Below are positions 1 to 10,146 of a stretch of 32,000 nt of DNA, one piece after another. This DNA comes from Patescibacteria group bacterium. Lineage in GTDB: Bacteria > Patescibacteriota > Patescibacteriia > 2-01-FULL-39-33. A program made the position numbers and the translations under genes. Numbering within the stretch: position 1 is the stretch's first letter; the number at the start of each line of letters is the position of its first letter. The notes under the pieces were generated by a model. It was not told the origin of the DNA, ran no database searches, and worked only from the letters and a program-made list of their open reading frames with translations. The stretch spans positions 30,001-62,000 of the forward strand of contig JBAZRV010000004.1 in the NCBI GenBank assembly GCA_041662745.1. The letters are read 5' to 3'.

Positions 1-3000
1 GGCTTTCGCAATTGGCCTTGGCCTCGGTAAACGAGGTTTCGGTCATGGTGCGGCGATACGGGTGGCAATTATCGGAAACGGAAACAGTGCGGGATAATAA
101 ACGATAATGAATATTGCCGTTTACATCATACAATTCGCGGCAATCCGGGTTGCTAACCATATCATCCTTGGTACAGACGCCAAAATCATAACGATCGCGA
201 TCCGCACCGCGAGCGCTCGTTGGATCATTGCAAACGGCATTGCCCGAAGCGTTATAAGCCAAATTAACGCAAGGAGCGCTGCCATTGCCAACGCCGGCCG
301 TTTCTGGGTCGCTGGCGATCTGTGATTTCTTTAAGCTGAACGCCACCAGCTGGTAACCGGTGATATCGGAACCCTCCCAAGTATAATAAGCGCCGTCATC
401 AACCGATGGTTTCTGGCAGGCCTGGATTTGACTATAATATTCTTTCTGCTCCCCGCCCTGGCCGGCAACGTCAAGATTGGTGAATTCATCGCAACCGGCA
501 TAACTGGCAGAACAAGTCTTGAGTTTGTTGTCGGCGATGAACTGCCTGAAAGCTTGATTGATAAAACTGGTCTCTTCTTGATTGTATAACTGATAGCCGG
601 CGCATTCCTTAGGACAAGCATCAAAATCCTGCGCCACACCCGGTATTGACGGGTCACCATTAAGGGGGCGATATAATTCACAACCGACTTCTTGCGGCGT
701 ACAAACACCGGAATACAGGGCGCAATTGGCATTCTTATTCTTTAAGACGCCAGTTAGCTCCTGTTGATTTTGGGGCCATTGCAAGCCGGCAAGATCCGGA
801 TAAGCATCATAACAACTAAAGTAACTGGGGGCCTTCTTAAGGTAAGCCACTTGTTCAATCGGCCGGGTTGAAGGATTATAATCGCTATAATTACTGGGAT
901 AAGTAGCATTAAAAGAAATCGCCTCAACCTTGGCATTATCAATAATCGCCTCCTGGCCGGCCGATCCGGTGGAGAACCACAATTCCAGTTTAGCGGCGTT
1001 ATCCGGCGCCTTAAATTTACAGAAAAACCGACTGGAAGTGGCAAAGGAAGTCGGAGTAAACTTCAAAGCCAATGTTTGCGGGACACTGCCATCCTTGTCT
1101 CTGGCCCAGTCGCAAGTCGCCGAAGAAGTGGCTACCTGCAAAACGGCTCCGGCCTTGGATTTGAATCTCAAAAAAGTCTCAATCGGAACTGCCTGGTCAA
1201 CGGAAGCTTGATAACCGTCAATAGCCAAAAAATAATATTGGCCGGGAGTAACTTGGATTGCCTTATTAACATTAGCGCTATCCAAACCACTTAAATAGCC
1301 GATCTTGGCTCTGGTGTTATCTGCCAAGGTCAGATTGCTCCAATCATATAAAGTGCCGTCAAAGCCGCCGTTAATGACAACATTACCGCCCAAATTTGAT
1401 TTAGTGCGGATGAATTGGCTGCAGCCGTCGCTTAAAGACGAGCAAGTCTGAGCATCACGATCAAAATACATTTCAGTTGCGCCCTCGCGCGAAGAAACAA
1501 GGACTGATACGGCGCCGACGCCGCAAGCAGTACTGATGGGATAAAATTCAAAATCATCAAGATATAAATCGGCGTAAACCCCGGCAGGATTGCGCGCCAC
1601 CAAAATCACCCGTTCATTGTCGCCGGAATTAAAATTCAAATTAGCTTCGCGCCAACCGGAGGAACCGCTGGTCAATTGCAAATTATTCAATAAGGAAGGC
1701 CATAATGAGCTGTCTTGATCAAAAGACGTAAAGTCTTTGCTATCGGCCCGCACTTCCACATTAACATTGCCGTTAATAGACCCTTTATAATAAAATCTAA
1801 CATTATAATTGGTGTTCTTCTCTACCGGTATAGCCGGCTCGTAACTGATCAGATCGGCCGGAGCATAAAGCGTCTTAATAAAAAGCGCGGCGGCGCCACT
1901 GTGTTTTTCGGTGGTAACGCGAAGATGGCGATTGTTGTTGTCAATAAACGCCAAAGTCCAAGAAGCGGCTTTCCAGCTTTCCTGGCTGTTAAGCAACGCT
2001 TCCAAACCGAGATTCGGCTTGTTTATCACTTCGGCAGTATAGACATCGGGGAATAATTTAGCGTCATTGCATAACCGCAATTGGCAAGACACGCCATTGT
2101 CCGGAACATTGCAGAAAGGATTCTGAGGGATATAACTGGCCTGATCTGCGGCTTCGGAATACTGGAAACTGCAATAATTGCCGCCGGTAGTCTGATGGAA
2201 AACGCAACCTTTGCCCGTGACATCCAATTTACACATGTCCGAGGAGCAGGGCGAAGCCAATCGCAAACGCGAATTGGCGCTGACTTGATGGCCGGCCTGC
2301 ACCCACCAATCCTTATCGCTTCTGTTGAAAGTTATTATTTGATTGATAGTCTCAGGCGGAGCAAGTTGCGTACCGCTGCCCAAATTAGTCCAAGTCTGAC
2401 TGGACGGATTGTAATTGATGGCATACCAACGACAACCGGCCACTTGCGCATTGCAATTTCTAAAATCCAAGGTATTGGTTAAATAAGAAGAGGCATTGCC
2501 GGCGCGCGAAGCGTAGGTCTGGCAGGAATTGACTCTGGCCGGACAAGTCTTCCCCAAATCCCAAACGCGACGCTCTTCATTGCAATAGCCATAAGCCAAG
2601 CAAGCGCCGTTCTCATCCTCTTGCAGACATTGTTGCTCGTCGGAACAGTATTCCAAGCGGCCGATGGTTCCGCTTTGATCGTCTTTATTCAGATTAAGAG
2701 CGCCGTAACCTTGGCGGCGACAACTGGTTTCATACGCTTTCAGCGTCCAGTAAGGGTCAACCATCCCCTTAAAGTTATTGGTGGTGCAACCGTTTTTGCC
2801 TATGCCTTCATAACAATTGATCAATTCGCCCAGAGTATATTCGCGATTACTGTTAGAATTCTTAATAAAATTAGCGGCTTCTTCCCAACCCACCGGTACG
2901 ATGCGGTATTGGCGTAAAACCAAAATAGAACGGTAAGGAATGGCTGTCTGCAAGGAGTTGGACTGTTCTGATCGAGGAGAAAAAACCCGGTTCTTGATTT

Positions 3001-4375
3001 GATCAGGCAGATCAATCACATAGGTTTTGCTTTTAACCGCTTGGGCCAAAGAATCATCCATGACGCAGTCCATTGGTCCGGGATTAGTTTTGGCTGAGTC
3101 ATCGCAAGAAGAAAGCTCAACTATTAAATCAACCTTCCCGCCTTGCTGGCCCTGGCTGCCGGAAATGGCGTTATTTATTCTTTCTTCAGCCCCCTTAGTG
3201 CCTTCAGTAATTATCGGACTGGCCGAAGGATTAAACAAAGCGGTCAAGGCGCCGGAAAGTATGCTGGAACCTTGACTGGCCAGAGAATTGGAACTACCGC
3301 CGGATGAACCGCCGGATGATGATTGCGTCAAAGAAAACAAGCCCTCTTTTAATAACCCTAACGATTCGGCTACGACCGTATCCATGAATTCAAACGGCAC
3401 AGCCATAGCTGTTTCCGTCCAAGTAATAGCGTATTGCGAGTTGCCTTTTTTCAACATGGCATCAGCCATCATTTCATGAAGCATGGTGCCGGGAGTAAGG
3501 ATTTTACCATTAAAGGTTGCCTTGCTCAGCCAACCCTGATTGGTGCTGGCTTCATAAGTTTTGGCTTTGATCTGCTGATTAACCGCCGCATCGCGCAAAT
3601 CCAAAGCTAACAATGAAGCGGTGATATCATTTTCTCCGGGGCGCAAGGCCAAGGTGTACTCTAAGGGAAAATTTAGATTAGTTACGGCCTCTTGCCAATT
3701 GGTCATGATTTCGGAAAAAGTACACCTGACACGGGGAGTCGTCTGGCCTAATTGAATATTAATCAATAGCCGTACCTGCAAATCAGGCTGGCAGATATCC
3801 ACGCCGTAATGCTGGCTGAAGTTATCAATAAAATCACCCAAAGCCGAGTCGGCGGCATTAAGCAGATAGGCATTCCATCCTTCGGTAATATAGGCCGGCT
3901 TCTGACCCTTAAGCGCGGTAAAAGCGATCTTGGTGGCTTCACGCGTCACGCTTCTAAGCAAGGTATCCAAGGCTTTAGAGGCGGAACTACTCAGGGCGGA
4001 TAAAAATTTCCTCCGCCTTTCATCGTTCTTCACTTTTCTAATTTCTGACTTCAAATCGGCTTCAATTTGGTCTCCCGTGCTGGCATCGGAAATATACTTA
4101 TTACAAACGGTCTGAGCTTCAGTTAAAGCGCTAAGTTTGGCGCCGCATTCAAATGCCGTACAAGGTATGGCCAATGCTGCTGTTTTCAATTCTTGGCACA
4201 TTGCTAAAGCTGTCTTGGCAGGAACACCGGCTTCCGCTTCAGCTTCCGCTTCAGCTAAATCTATTTTTGATTGAGCTAATTGTTCATCAAAAGCCGCCTG
4301 GGGATCAACTTGAGCTAAGACATTTAAAGGGTAAAGAATCCACAAGCAACAAAAAACTACTCCCAATAAAACCAT
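1..4375 (-). CDS. Very large Cys-rich secreted/cell-surface protein, N-terminal ~1458 codons; the ORF runs off the left edge of the window
   Basis: Absent from the supplied ORF track because it has no in-window stop. Hand translation of the minus strand from ATG 4375-4373 gives MVLLGVVFCCLWILYPLNVLAQVDP..., a hydrophobic signal/anchor. I met no stop codon down to base 1, with one base left over, consistent with 4375 = 3x1458+1. All minus-strand ORFs the track lists in this region are in a different frame, and all plus-strand ORFs there are short. The protein has many Cys pairs and CBM/beta-sandwich-like stretches such as GGFDGTLYDWSN. Confidence 0.75.
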   Translation of the reverse strand, partial: MVLLGVVFCCLWILYPLNVLAQVDPQAAFDEQLAQSKIDLAEAEAEAEAGVPAKTALAMCQELKTAALAIPCTAFECGAKLSALTEAQTVCNKYISDASTGDQIEADLKSEIRKVKNDERRRKFLSALSSSASKALDTLLRSVTREATKIAFTALKGQKPAYITEGWNAYLLNAADSALGDFIDNFSQHYGVDICQPDLQVRLLINIQLGQTTPRVRCTFSEIMTNWQEAVTNLNFPLEYTLALRPGENDITASLLALDLRDAAVNQQIKAKTYEASTNQGWLSKATFNGKILTPGTMLHEMMADAMLKKGNSQYAITWTETAMAVPFEFMDTVVAESLGLLKEGLFSLTQSSSGGSSGGSSNSLASQGSSILSGALTALFNPSASPIITEGTKGAEERINNAISGSQGQQGGKVDLIVELSSCDDSAKTNPGPMDCVMDDSLAQAVKSKTYVIDLPDQIKNRVFSPRSEQSNSLQTAIPYRSILVLRQYRIVPVGWEEAANFIKNSNSNREYTLGELINCYEGIGKNGCTTNNFKGMVDPYWTLKAYETSCRRQGYGALNLNKDDQSGTIGRLEYCSDEQQCLQEDENGACLAYGYCNEERRVWDLGKTCPARVNSCQTYASRAGNASSYLTNTLDFRNCNAQVAGCRWYAINYNPSSQTWTNLGSGTQLAPPETINQIITFNRSDKDWWVQAGHQVSANSRLRLASPCSSDMCKLDVTGKGCVFHQTTGGNYCSFQYSEAADQASYIPQNPFCNVPDNGVSCQLRLCNDAKLFPDVYTAEVINKPNLGLEALLNSQESWKAASWTLAFIDNNNRHLRVTTEKHSGAAALFIKTLYAPADLISYEPAIPVEKNTNYNVRFYYKGSINGNVNVEVRADSKDFTSFDQDSSLWPSLLNNLQLTSGSSGWREANLNFNSGDNERVILVARNPAGVYADLYLDDFEFYPISTACGVGAVSVLVSSREGATEMYFDRDAQTCSSLSDGCSQFIRTKSNLGGNVVINGGFDGTLYDWSNLTLADNTRAKIGYLSGLDSANVNKAIQVTPGQYYFLAIDGYQASVDQAVPIETFLRFKSKAGAVLQVATSSATCDWARDKDGSVPQTLALKFTPTSFATSSRFFCKFKAPDNAAKLELWFSTGSAGQEAIIDNAKVEAISFNATYPSNYSDYNPSTRPIEQVAYLKKAPSYFSCYDAYPDLAGLQWPQNQQELTGVLKNKNANCALYSGVCTPQEVGCELYRPLNGDPSIPGVAQDFDACPKECAGYQLYNQEETSFINQAFRQFIADNKLKTCSASYAGCDEFTNLDVAGQGGEQKEYYSQIQACQKPSVDDGAYYTWEGSDITGYQLVAFSLKKSQIASDPETAGVGNGSAPCVNLAYNASGNAVCNDPTSARGADRDRYDFGVCTKDDMVSNPDCRELYDVNGNIHYRLLSRTVSVSDNCHPYRRTMTETSFTEAKANCES

Positions 4376-4430
4376 CGGGCCATAAAATCTTACACGATTA
4401 TACTTATTCAGATTTAAAAGCATAATTATT

Positions 4431-5477
4431 TTAAGTTGAAGTTGCTGTTGAAGAAACTATGCGCTTTTCTAATTGGCTGATGAACACCTGTTTCAATTCA
4501 TCATCGCCAATGGTGTCCAAAATAACGCTATCACCGCCGGATTTAATCAGGATCTGCCTGATTTGCGCGCCGGACAGCTGTTTAAAATCAGCCATAGTGG
4601 TAACGCCGAATGACTCCAAATTAACATTGGCCCAACCGCTCGTAGCGGTAGCTAAAGCATCAACGGTCAAATCTGTTTGGTTAACTAAAGCATCATCAAC
4701 GCCCAAATCTCCGCCAATGGCGTAAGAAGAAAAAACTGTCGGATCAATCAGGCCGTATTGCTGCAATTGTTGCGCCATAGTCGGATTATTCTGCAAATAT
4801 TGAGCAAAAGTCTGCATTAATTCATCATCGGTGGTATCGGCCAGATCCTGATCGCTAATGCCGCTGCTTTTTAGCATCTGTCTGATAATATCCGGAGTCA
4901 AAGCCGAATAATTGTTGGTCTGGCCGGCAGTTGCCGTTAGGGGCGCCGAATCAGTGGAACCGGATGGCAAGACGCCGGTATCGGAAGGGCTGGCAGTAGA
5001 ATCCATGGTAGGCAATCCCGTACATTTTTGGCCTTGCGGACAGTTCGGATCAGTCCCCCTATCCACCTCAATTTTATCGTTAAGGCCGTCGGAATCGCTG
5101 TCTTTAAGATAGGGACTGGTATGATAAACGCTTAATTCAAGATTATCAGCCAGGCCATCGGCGTCGGTATCGCGGGTCATCATGTCCCTTATTTGCGCTT
5201 GTTGCAAAGCTAACCTCTCCGCGCGGGATTTATTACCGGCCTTAACTATATCTTGAAAAGGATTTTGGCTGGCGAAAAAAAACTGCCAAAAACCAAAAAC
5301 AAGGGCCATTAACCCGATTGCCGCGATTAAAACTGTATGCATTTTTTCCTTGCCGGTAAGCGATTTACCTAAGCTTGAGTCATTGCCTGAAGCGGGGGTA
5401 TCGCCCACTTCCAGATTCTTCAAGTAATCAGCTTCTTTATCTTCACTTATCGGCCGGGGTTGTTCACTACCTTCCAT
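4431..5477 (-). CDS. Membrane-anchored protein with Asp-rich repeats (thrombospondin type 3-like, putatively Ca-binding)
   Basis: 348-aa ORF with a charged N-terminus and one hydrophobic helix (VLIAAIGLMALVFGFWQFFF). It carries DTDADGLADNLE and DSDSDGLNDKIE motifs. It is on the same strand as the giant ORF and ends 55 nt upstream of that ORF's start. Confidence 0.6.
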   Translation of the reverse strand: MEGSEQPRPISEDKEADYLKNLEVGDTPASGNDSSLGKSLTGKEKMHTVLIAAIGLMALVFGFWQFFFASQNPFQDIVKAGNKSRAERLALQQAQIRDMMTRDTDADGLADNLELSVYHTSPYLKDSDSDGLNDKIEVDRGTDPNCPQGQKCTGLPTMDSTASPSDTGVLPSGSTDSAPLTATAGQTNNYSALTPDIIRQMLKSSGISDQDLADTTDDELMQTFAQYLQNNPTMAQQLQQYGLIDPTVFSSYAIGGDLGVDDALVNQTDLTVDALATATSGWANVNLESFGVTTMADFKQLSGAQIRQILIKSGGDSVILDTIGDDELKQVFISQLEKRIVSSTATST

Positions 5478-5632
5478 TAGAGGTGTGGATAAGTTATGTA
5501 TTAATTATACCACAAAATCGTTTTCGTAAAAAGATTTATACTAGAACATTTAAAGAATGAATAAATCAAGGAAACGAAAAAACAACAATCACCCGTTTTG
5601 TTGCCTTACTGTTTGAGCATTATCTCGTTTGG

Positions 5633-6433
5633 TTATTTGATTGCTTCCGCCAATTCAAGCCAGTCATCAACGCTTAAATCTTGGGCGCGGATTTTCTCAT
5701 CCAATCCCAGTCCGATCAAAATTGAACGCACCTGCTTTTCCGGCAAAGGCAATCCCCCGGCTAAGTTATTCTTCATTTGTTTTCTTTTGGCGGCGAAACC
5801 GATGCGCGCCAAACGAAAAACCTGTTTAGCTTGAGCCGGCGTTTGTCGCTTTAATTTTATCCGGACCACCGCCGAATCCACTGCCGGCACGGGCCAGAAA
5901 CATCCGCGGCCGACTTCAAACAATATTTGCGGTTCGCCAAAAAGCTGAGCCGATAAACTTAATAAAGACATTTCTCCCGGCTTGGCTATCAGCCTTTTCG
6001 CCACTTCTTTCTGCAACATCAGGATCATTTCCGTCGGCTTTGGCCCGGTTTCCAAAAATAACCTCAAAAATGCCGCCGTAATGGAGTATGGCAAATTGGC
6101 AACGATACGATAAGAAAAATCCGTAAATCCTTCAGCCGCCAAATTGACCCGCAGGATATCGCCGGCAATCAAATCAACTTGAGGAAAATTAGTTTTTATA
6201 TAAGAAATAATCTTCTGATCTAACTCTACTGCGACCAGGTTGTCAGTGGCTTTGGCCAACTCTTCGGTCAGAACGCCCAAGCCCGGCCCAACCTCTAAAA
6301 TTCTTTCTTTCGGCTTAATGGCGGCGGCGGCGATGATTTTTTTAACAATATTGGCATCAATTAAAAAATTCTGCCCCTTGGATTTGGACGGCTTGATATC
6401 ATACTGCCGGCACAAAGATTTAACATCAATCAT
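5633..6433 (-). CDS. rsmA: 16S rRNA (adenine1518/1519-N6)-dimethyltransferase RsmA/KsgA
   Basis: The sequence KGQNFLID...ILEVGPGLGVLTEEL...VANLPYSI is typical of KsgA. I place the start at the internal MIDVKSL (ATG 6433-6431), which makes a 4-nt ATGA overlap with the stop of the upstream MFS gene. The 31-codon extension in the track ORF looks non-coding. Confidence 0.9.
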   Translation of the reverse strand: MIDVKSLCRQYDIKPSKSKGQNFLIDANIVKKIIAAAAIKPKERILEVGPGLGVLTEELAKATDNLVAVELDQKIISYIKTNFPQVDLIAGDILRVNLAAEGFTDFSYRIVANLPYSITAAFLRLFLETGPKPTEMILMLQKEVAKRLIAKPGEMSLLSLSAQLFGEPQILFEVGRGCFWPVPAVDSAVVRIKLKRQTPAQAKQVFRLARIGFAAKRKQMKNNLAGGLPLPEKQVRSILIGLGLDEKIRAQDLSVDDWLELAEAIK

Positions 6434-7617
6434 AAACGATAAAACAAATAGAATAAAGTAAACATCGCGCCGACAATAAACATCGTATTCCAGCCCGGCG
6501 CCACCAATTGCAGGGCCAGGAAACAAATAATCATGGCCGCTATCTTGCCTAAAACCAAAGTCATCTCAAAAAACACAATGGAGTTCATCACCGAACCGTC
6601 CCTGGCATCCTTATAAACAAAAGCGGTAATCGGCACGGCCAAAGAATCCTTGGAGATGCGGGAAAAAACATCCAAAAGCAACACTCCCCAGGGCAAGCGC
6701 GTTACTAACTTAAGCAACCAGCTAAAAAAATAAAAGACGATGCCGTAGCCTAAAATTTGCTGGCGAGGACTTTTGTCCGTCCAACGGCCGATAAACAATA
6801 AAACAACCAAAGAAATCAAAGTTGAAATCGCTGAGAAAATGCCAAGATTAAGATAGGTGCCGACTACCAAAAAAACAAAAATCGGCCAAATCGTCAAAAT
6901 TATCCATTCCTCGCCAAAACCCAAATTAGCCCAAAGCCTAAGCCGGTTTTCTTTGGCAAAAATACGCTTAAAAGCTTCGCGATAGCTGAACGGCTTAGGA
7001 TCAAACTTCTCCTTGGTAATCAGCATGGGGACATTAGAAACCAGGATGAGTATGGCGGTAACTACAAACAACACTTTAAAACCATAAAATTGCACGATCA
7101 AACCGCCAACTAAAGGAGAGATAACATAAACAATATTCAAAATAACGTACAAATTGCTGATTGCCCTGCCCTGTTCGCCGTCGGAAGAGAATTTGGCAAA
7201 ATTGGAATGGTAAGACGGCCAATAAAGCGCTTTAAAAATAATATAGGGTATGGTCGCCAGCCAAACCGCCGGCGCAAAACGATTGGCGGAAAACAACAAA
7301 AAATACATTAACACGATGAAGGGCGTAGACAAAGCAATGGAATTTTCATAGCCGAAACGACGGGCAAATTTGGCGCCGAAAGGCACCAGGAAAAAGTACG
7401 GGATATAAACCAAGAGATAAAAAAAGATAATTAACTCTAATGTCTTCTGCAAGTTATGGGTCTGTGAGAAAAAAATATACAAAAATACCGGTTCAAAAAT
7501 ACTGACCATGCAAGCGGCGAAATCCAAAATAATGGAAGAAGCGTAAAGTTCCTTCACCTGGCGGGTCAACCGATGGGCAAAAAATGATGACAGGACGTTG
7601 AGCGGATTACGGCTCAT
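6430..7617 (-). CDS. Multi-pass membrane transporter, MFS-like
   Basis: 395-aa ORF, highly hydrophobic with about 12 predicted helices by eye. It has 4-nt start/stop overlaps with both neighbouring genes. Confidence 0.6.
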   Translation of the reverse strand: MSRNPLNVLSSFFAHRLTRQVKELYASSIILDFAACMVSIFEPVFLYIFFSQTHNLQKTLELIIFFYLLVYIPYFFLVPFGAKFARRFGYENSIALSTPFIVLMYFLLFSANRFAPAVWLATIPYIIFKALYWPSYHSNFAKFSSDGEQGRAISNLYVILNIVYVISPLVGGLIVQFYGFKVLFVVTAILILVSNVPMLITKEKFDPKPFSYREAFKRIFAKENRLRLWANLGFGEEWIILTIWPIFVFLVVGTYLNLGIFSAISTLISLVVLLFIGRWTDKSPRQQILGYGIVFYFFSWLLKLVTRLPWGVLLLDVFSRISKDSLAVPITAFVYKDARDGSVMNSIVFFEMTLVLGKIAAMIICFLALQLVAPGWNTMFIVGAMFTLFYLFYRL

Positions 7618-8621
7618 GATCTTCTGATTAGTTTATAAAAAAAATATAATAACGGATTGACAATCAAGTCATAAGCTCCGACATATTGAGTTAAAGGACG
7701 CTGAGGGGCGAAGCCGACTTTGAATCTGGTTACGCCGGGCCAACGGTCGGGATCGGCGCCGAAAAAATCATAATATTTGCAACCGCGATTCTGCGCTTCT
7801 TTGATCATTTCCCATTGCAACAAATACGGCGCCATTTTTTCTCGGGCCTCATAAGCTGAAGCGCCGTGCAAGTAATAGCACCAATCGCCATAAAACGCCA
7901 TAATGGCGGCGGCCACGGCTTGGCCTTCGGCTCGAGCAAAAACTAATGTTATTTCCGGCCGTTCCAGCATTCTGCGATAATAATTTTCCGAGTGCGCGGC
8001 AATATTATCGCGTTTGGCCGTTTGTTTCATTAAGGCCATAAACTCGCCTAAGTCTTCCTGCGGTTTGGCGCCGGTTGCTATTTTTATGCCATGCTTCTGC
8101 GCCACTTTTATATTGTAACGCGTCTTGGGCTTCATGGCCTTAAGCAAATTCTCTGCGGCTTCGGTTAAATCCAAAACCAAAGTGCTGCGCGGCTGGACTT
8201 GTCCGCCAAACCTTAATTTATTAGCCGCCAAGACATCCGCCTCTTCCCAGGCCGGGTCCATTCTGATAAAAATCGCTTTTTCCGTTTCGGCTAATTCTTT
8301 CAAGCCCGATAAAACATTGGCAAAAATTTGCGGCTTAAGGCCGGTCGTCTGTCCGACTGCTAAGCAAGCTTTAGCTTCTATTATCGGCCCCCGAGGCAGA
8401 TAAAAATAATTAAAACCGCCGGGCAATGGCTGGCGGACAACCAAAGCCACGGCCCTGATTTCAGTCCCGTCCATCCAGGCCAAACGCCAAATTTTTCGGC
8501 CGTAAGATTGTTGGAATTCTCCCCAACCCCAGGATTGCAATAAACCGCCGTCACCGGCGTTGGCTGAGACGAATTTTTCCCAAGAATTACGATTGAGATT
8601 GAAATTTTTTTCTAATTTCAT
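7614..8621 (-). CDS. FemAB-family peptidoglycan interpeptide-bridge aminoacyltransferase (lipid II:amino acid transferase-like)
   Basis: 335 aa. The N-terminal WEKFV...LQSWGWGEFQ and C-terminal YYLHGAS...PYLLQWEMIKEA...YDFFG patterns are characteristic of FemX/FemAB-type proteins. Confidence 0.7.
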   Translation of the reverse strand: MKLEKNFNLNRNSWEKFVSANAGDGGLLQSWGWGEFQQSYGRKIWRLAWMDGTEIRAVALVVRQPLPGGFNYFYLPRGPIIEAKACLAVGQTTGLKPQIFANVLSGLKELAETEKAIFIRMDPAWEEADVLAANKLRFGGQVQPRSTLVLDLTEAAENLLKAMKPKTRYNIKVAQKHGIKIATGAKPQEDLGEFMALMKQTAKRDNIAAHSENYYRRMLERPEITLVFARAEGQAVAAAIMAFYGDWCYYLHGASAYEAREKMAPYLLQWEMIKEAQNRGCKYYDFFGADPDRWPGVTRFKVGFAPQRPLTQYVGAYDLIVNPLLYFFYKLIRRS

Positions 8622-8686
8622 TACTTATATAATAACATAAAAATTAAAAAGCTGCGAAACGCAGCCGAATATAAAATCATTTTGTC

Positions 8687-8716
8687 TTGACAAAGCGACT
8701 AAAAATGTTATATGAT
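8687..8716 (+). promoter_or_regulatory. Sigma70-like promoter for der
   Basis: TTGACA at 8687-8692 and TATGAT at 8711-8716 with an 18-nt spacer. An alternative reading is TGtTATATG at 8706-8714. It lies inside the 5' extension of the track ORF, which supports the downstream start at 8753. Confidence 0.5.
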
Positions 8717-8752
8717 GTTGTTTTGTCCCTAAATAACTGCTACCATATTAAT

Positions 8753-10117
8753 ATGTCTGATAAATTACCGCGAGTAGCGATCGTTGGACGGGCCAACGTC
8801 GGCAAATCAACTTTATTTAATCGCCTGATTGAACAGAATAAGGCGTTAGTTTCTTCTATTGCCGGCACCACGCGCGACCGCAACATTGGCGTAGCCGAGT
8901 GGCGCGGTATCAAATTCACCCTGGTTGACACCGGCGGCTTGGATGTGGATTTGATTGAGGGGGCGCCGGAAGAAATCGCGCTCGGTATCATTAAGCAGGC
9001 CCGACAAGCCATCAAAACCGCCAAGGTAATCGTCTTTGTCGTTGACTTAAAAACCGGCATCCTAACCTCGGACAGGGAATTAGCCAAAGCCCTGCTTCAA
9101 CAGGGTCTGCGCTCAAAAATCCTGGTGGTCGGCAATAAGGCGGAAACAGCCCGCTACGAGAAACATTCAGCGGGTGTGGAAAAATTAGGCCTGGGCGAGC
9201 CATTATTTGTTTCTGCCGCTTCCGGTTCCGGCACCGGCGACCTGTTGGATGAAATTGTTAAAAAACTTCCGCCGCAAAAAATCGCCAAGCCGGATGAACG
9301 AAAACCGATCCGCGTCGCTTTATTGGGCAAACCCAATGTCGGCAAATCTTCTTTGCTCAATTCCATTTTGGGCGAAGAAAGAGTCATTGTCAGTCCTCTG
9401 CCCCACACTACCCGCGAAGCGCACGATACTGAATTTGAATACCATGATCACAAATTCGTCATCATTGACACTGCCGGATTGCGAAAAAAGGCCAGGGTAG
9501 AAGGCGGACTGGAAAGAAAATCGGTTGATAAATCGCTTAAAGCGCTGGCCGAATGCGATGTGGCCGTCCTGGTTACCGAAGCGGACAAAAAAATAGACGT
9601 GCAGGATAAAAAAATAACCCAGGCCATCTTAGAGTCCGGCAAATCGGTGATTATCGTAGCCAATAAATGGGATCTGATCGGCGACAAGGACACGGCGACA
9701 ATTGATAAATTCGTGGATTACTATCATTTGTCTTTTCCTTACCTGTGGTGGGCGCCCTTGATTTTCGTTTCCGCCAAAGAACACCTGCGCAGCAAAAAAA
9801 TCTTGGATGTCATCCTGGAAATAATCGCCTCGCGCTCCGTGGAGATTTCCGATTCGCGCCTGGATAAATTTTTAAAATCCAAAATCAAACAACATCGGCC
9901 GAGCCGCGGCAAAGGATTGAAAAACCCCTACATCTACAGCATTCGCCAAAGCGGAGTCAACCCGCCGCGCTTTATTATCAATGTCAACGACCCGGCAACT
10001 CTGCACTTCTCTTATTTGCGCTTCCTGCAAAATAACTTGCGCGACACCTTCAAAATCATCGGCACGCCGATTCAAATTGAAATGAGAAAGTGGCAGGGCG
10101 GCAAAATTAAAAGTTAA
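8753..10117 (+). CDS. der: Ribosome-associated GTPase Der/EngA (tandem GTPase domains plus a KH-like C-terminus)
   Basis: Two G domains (GRANVGKSTLFN...DTGG...NKAE and GKPNVGKSSLLN...DTAG...NKWD). The start is set at MSDKLPRVAIVG. Confidence 0.92.
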   Translation: MSDKLPRVAIVGRANVGKSTLFNRLIEQNKALVSSIAGTTRDRNIGVAEWRGIKFTLVDTGGLDVDLIEGAPEEIALGIIKQARQAIKTAKVIVFVVDLKTGILTSDRELAKALLQQGLRSKILVVGNKAETARYEKHSAGVEKLGLGEPLFVSAASGSGTGDLLDEIVKKLPPQKIAKPDERKPIRVALLGKPNVGKSSLLNSILGEERVIVSPLPHTTREAHDTEFEYHDHKFVIIDTAGLRKKARVEGGLERKSVDKSLKALAECDVAVLVTEADKKIDVQDKKITQAILESGKSVIIVANKWDLIGDKDTATIDKFVDYYHLSFPYLWWAPLIFVSAKEHLRSKKILDVILEIIASRSVEISDSRLDKFLKSKIKQHRPSRGKGLKNPYIYSIRQSGVNPPRFIINVNDPATLHFSYLRFLQNNLRDTFKIIGTPIQIEMRKWQGGKIKS

Positions 10118-10146
10118 TTGATGCTATCGCCTCTTACCAATTATTT

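Noticed and set aside
1-4400. Possibility of an alternative genetic code (such as UGA recoding, as in some CPR lineages), raised because no long ORF was listed here
   Set aside because: The minus-strand frame is open with the standard code. All other genes in the window (topA, der, rel, etc.) are intact with the standard code. The gap comes from the ORF track omitting unterminated ORFs.
107-4425. About 20 short plus- and minus-strand ORFs (60-133 aa) listed by the track in the first 4.4 kb
   Set aside because: They are shadow ORFs overlapping the single long minus-strand frame (1-4375). None has a recognisable motif.
6434-6526. 31-codon N-terminal extension of the rsmA ORF (MFPGPAIGGAGLEY...)
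   Set aside because: It overlaps the 3' end of the MFS gene. The internal ATG at 6433 gives the canonical KsgA N-terminus and an ATGA overlap.
8687-8752. TTG-initiated 22-codon extension of der
   Set aside because: The TTG is itself the first half of a TTGACA -35 box. A conserved Der N-terminus begins at MSDKLPRVAIVG.
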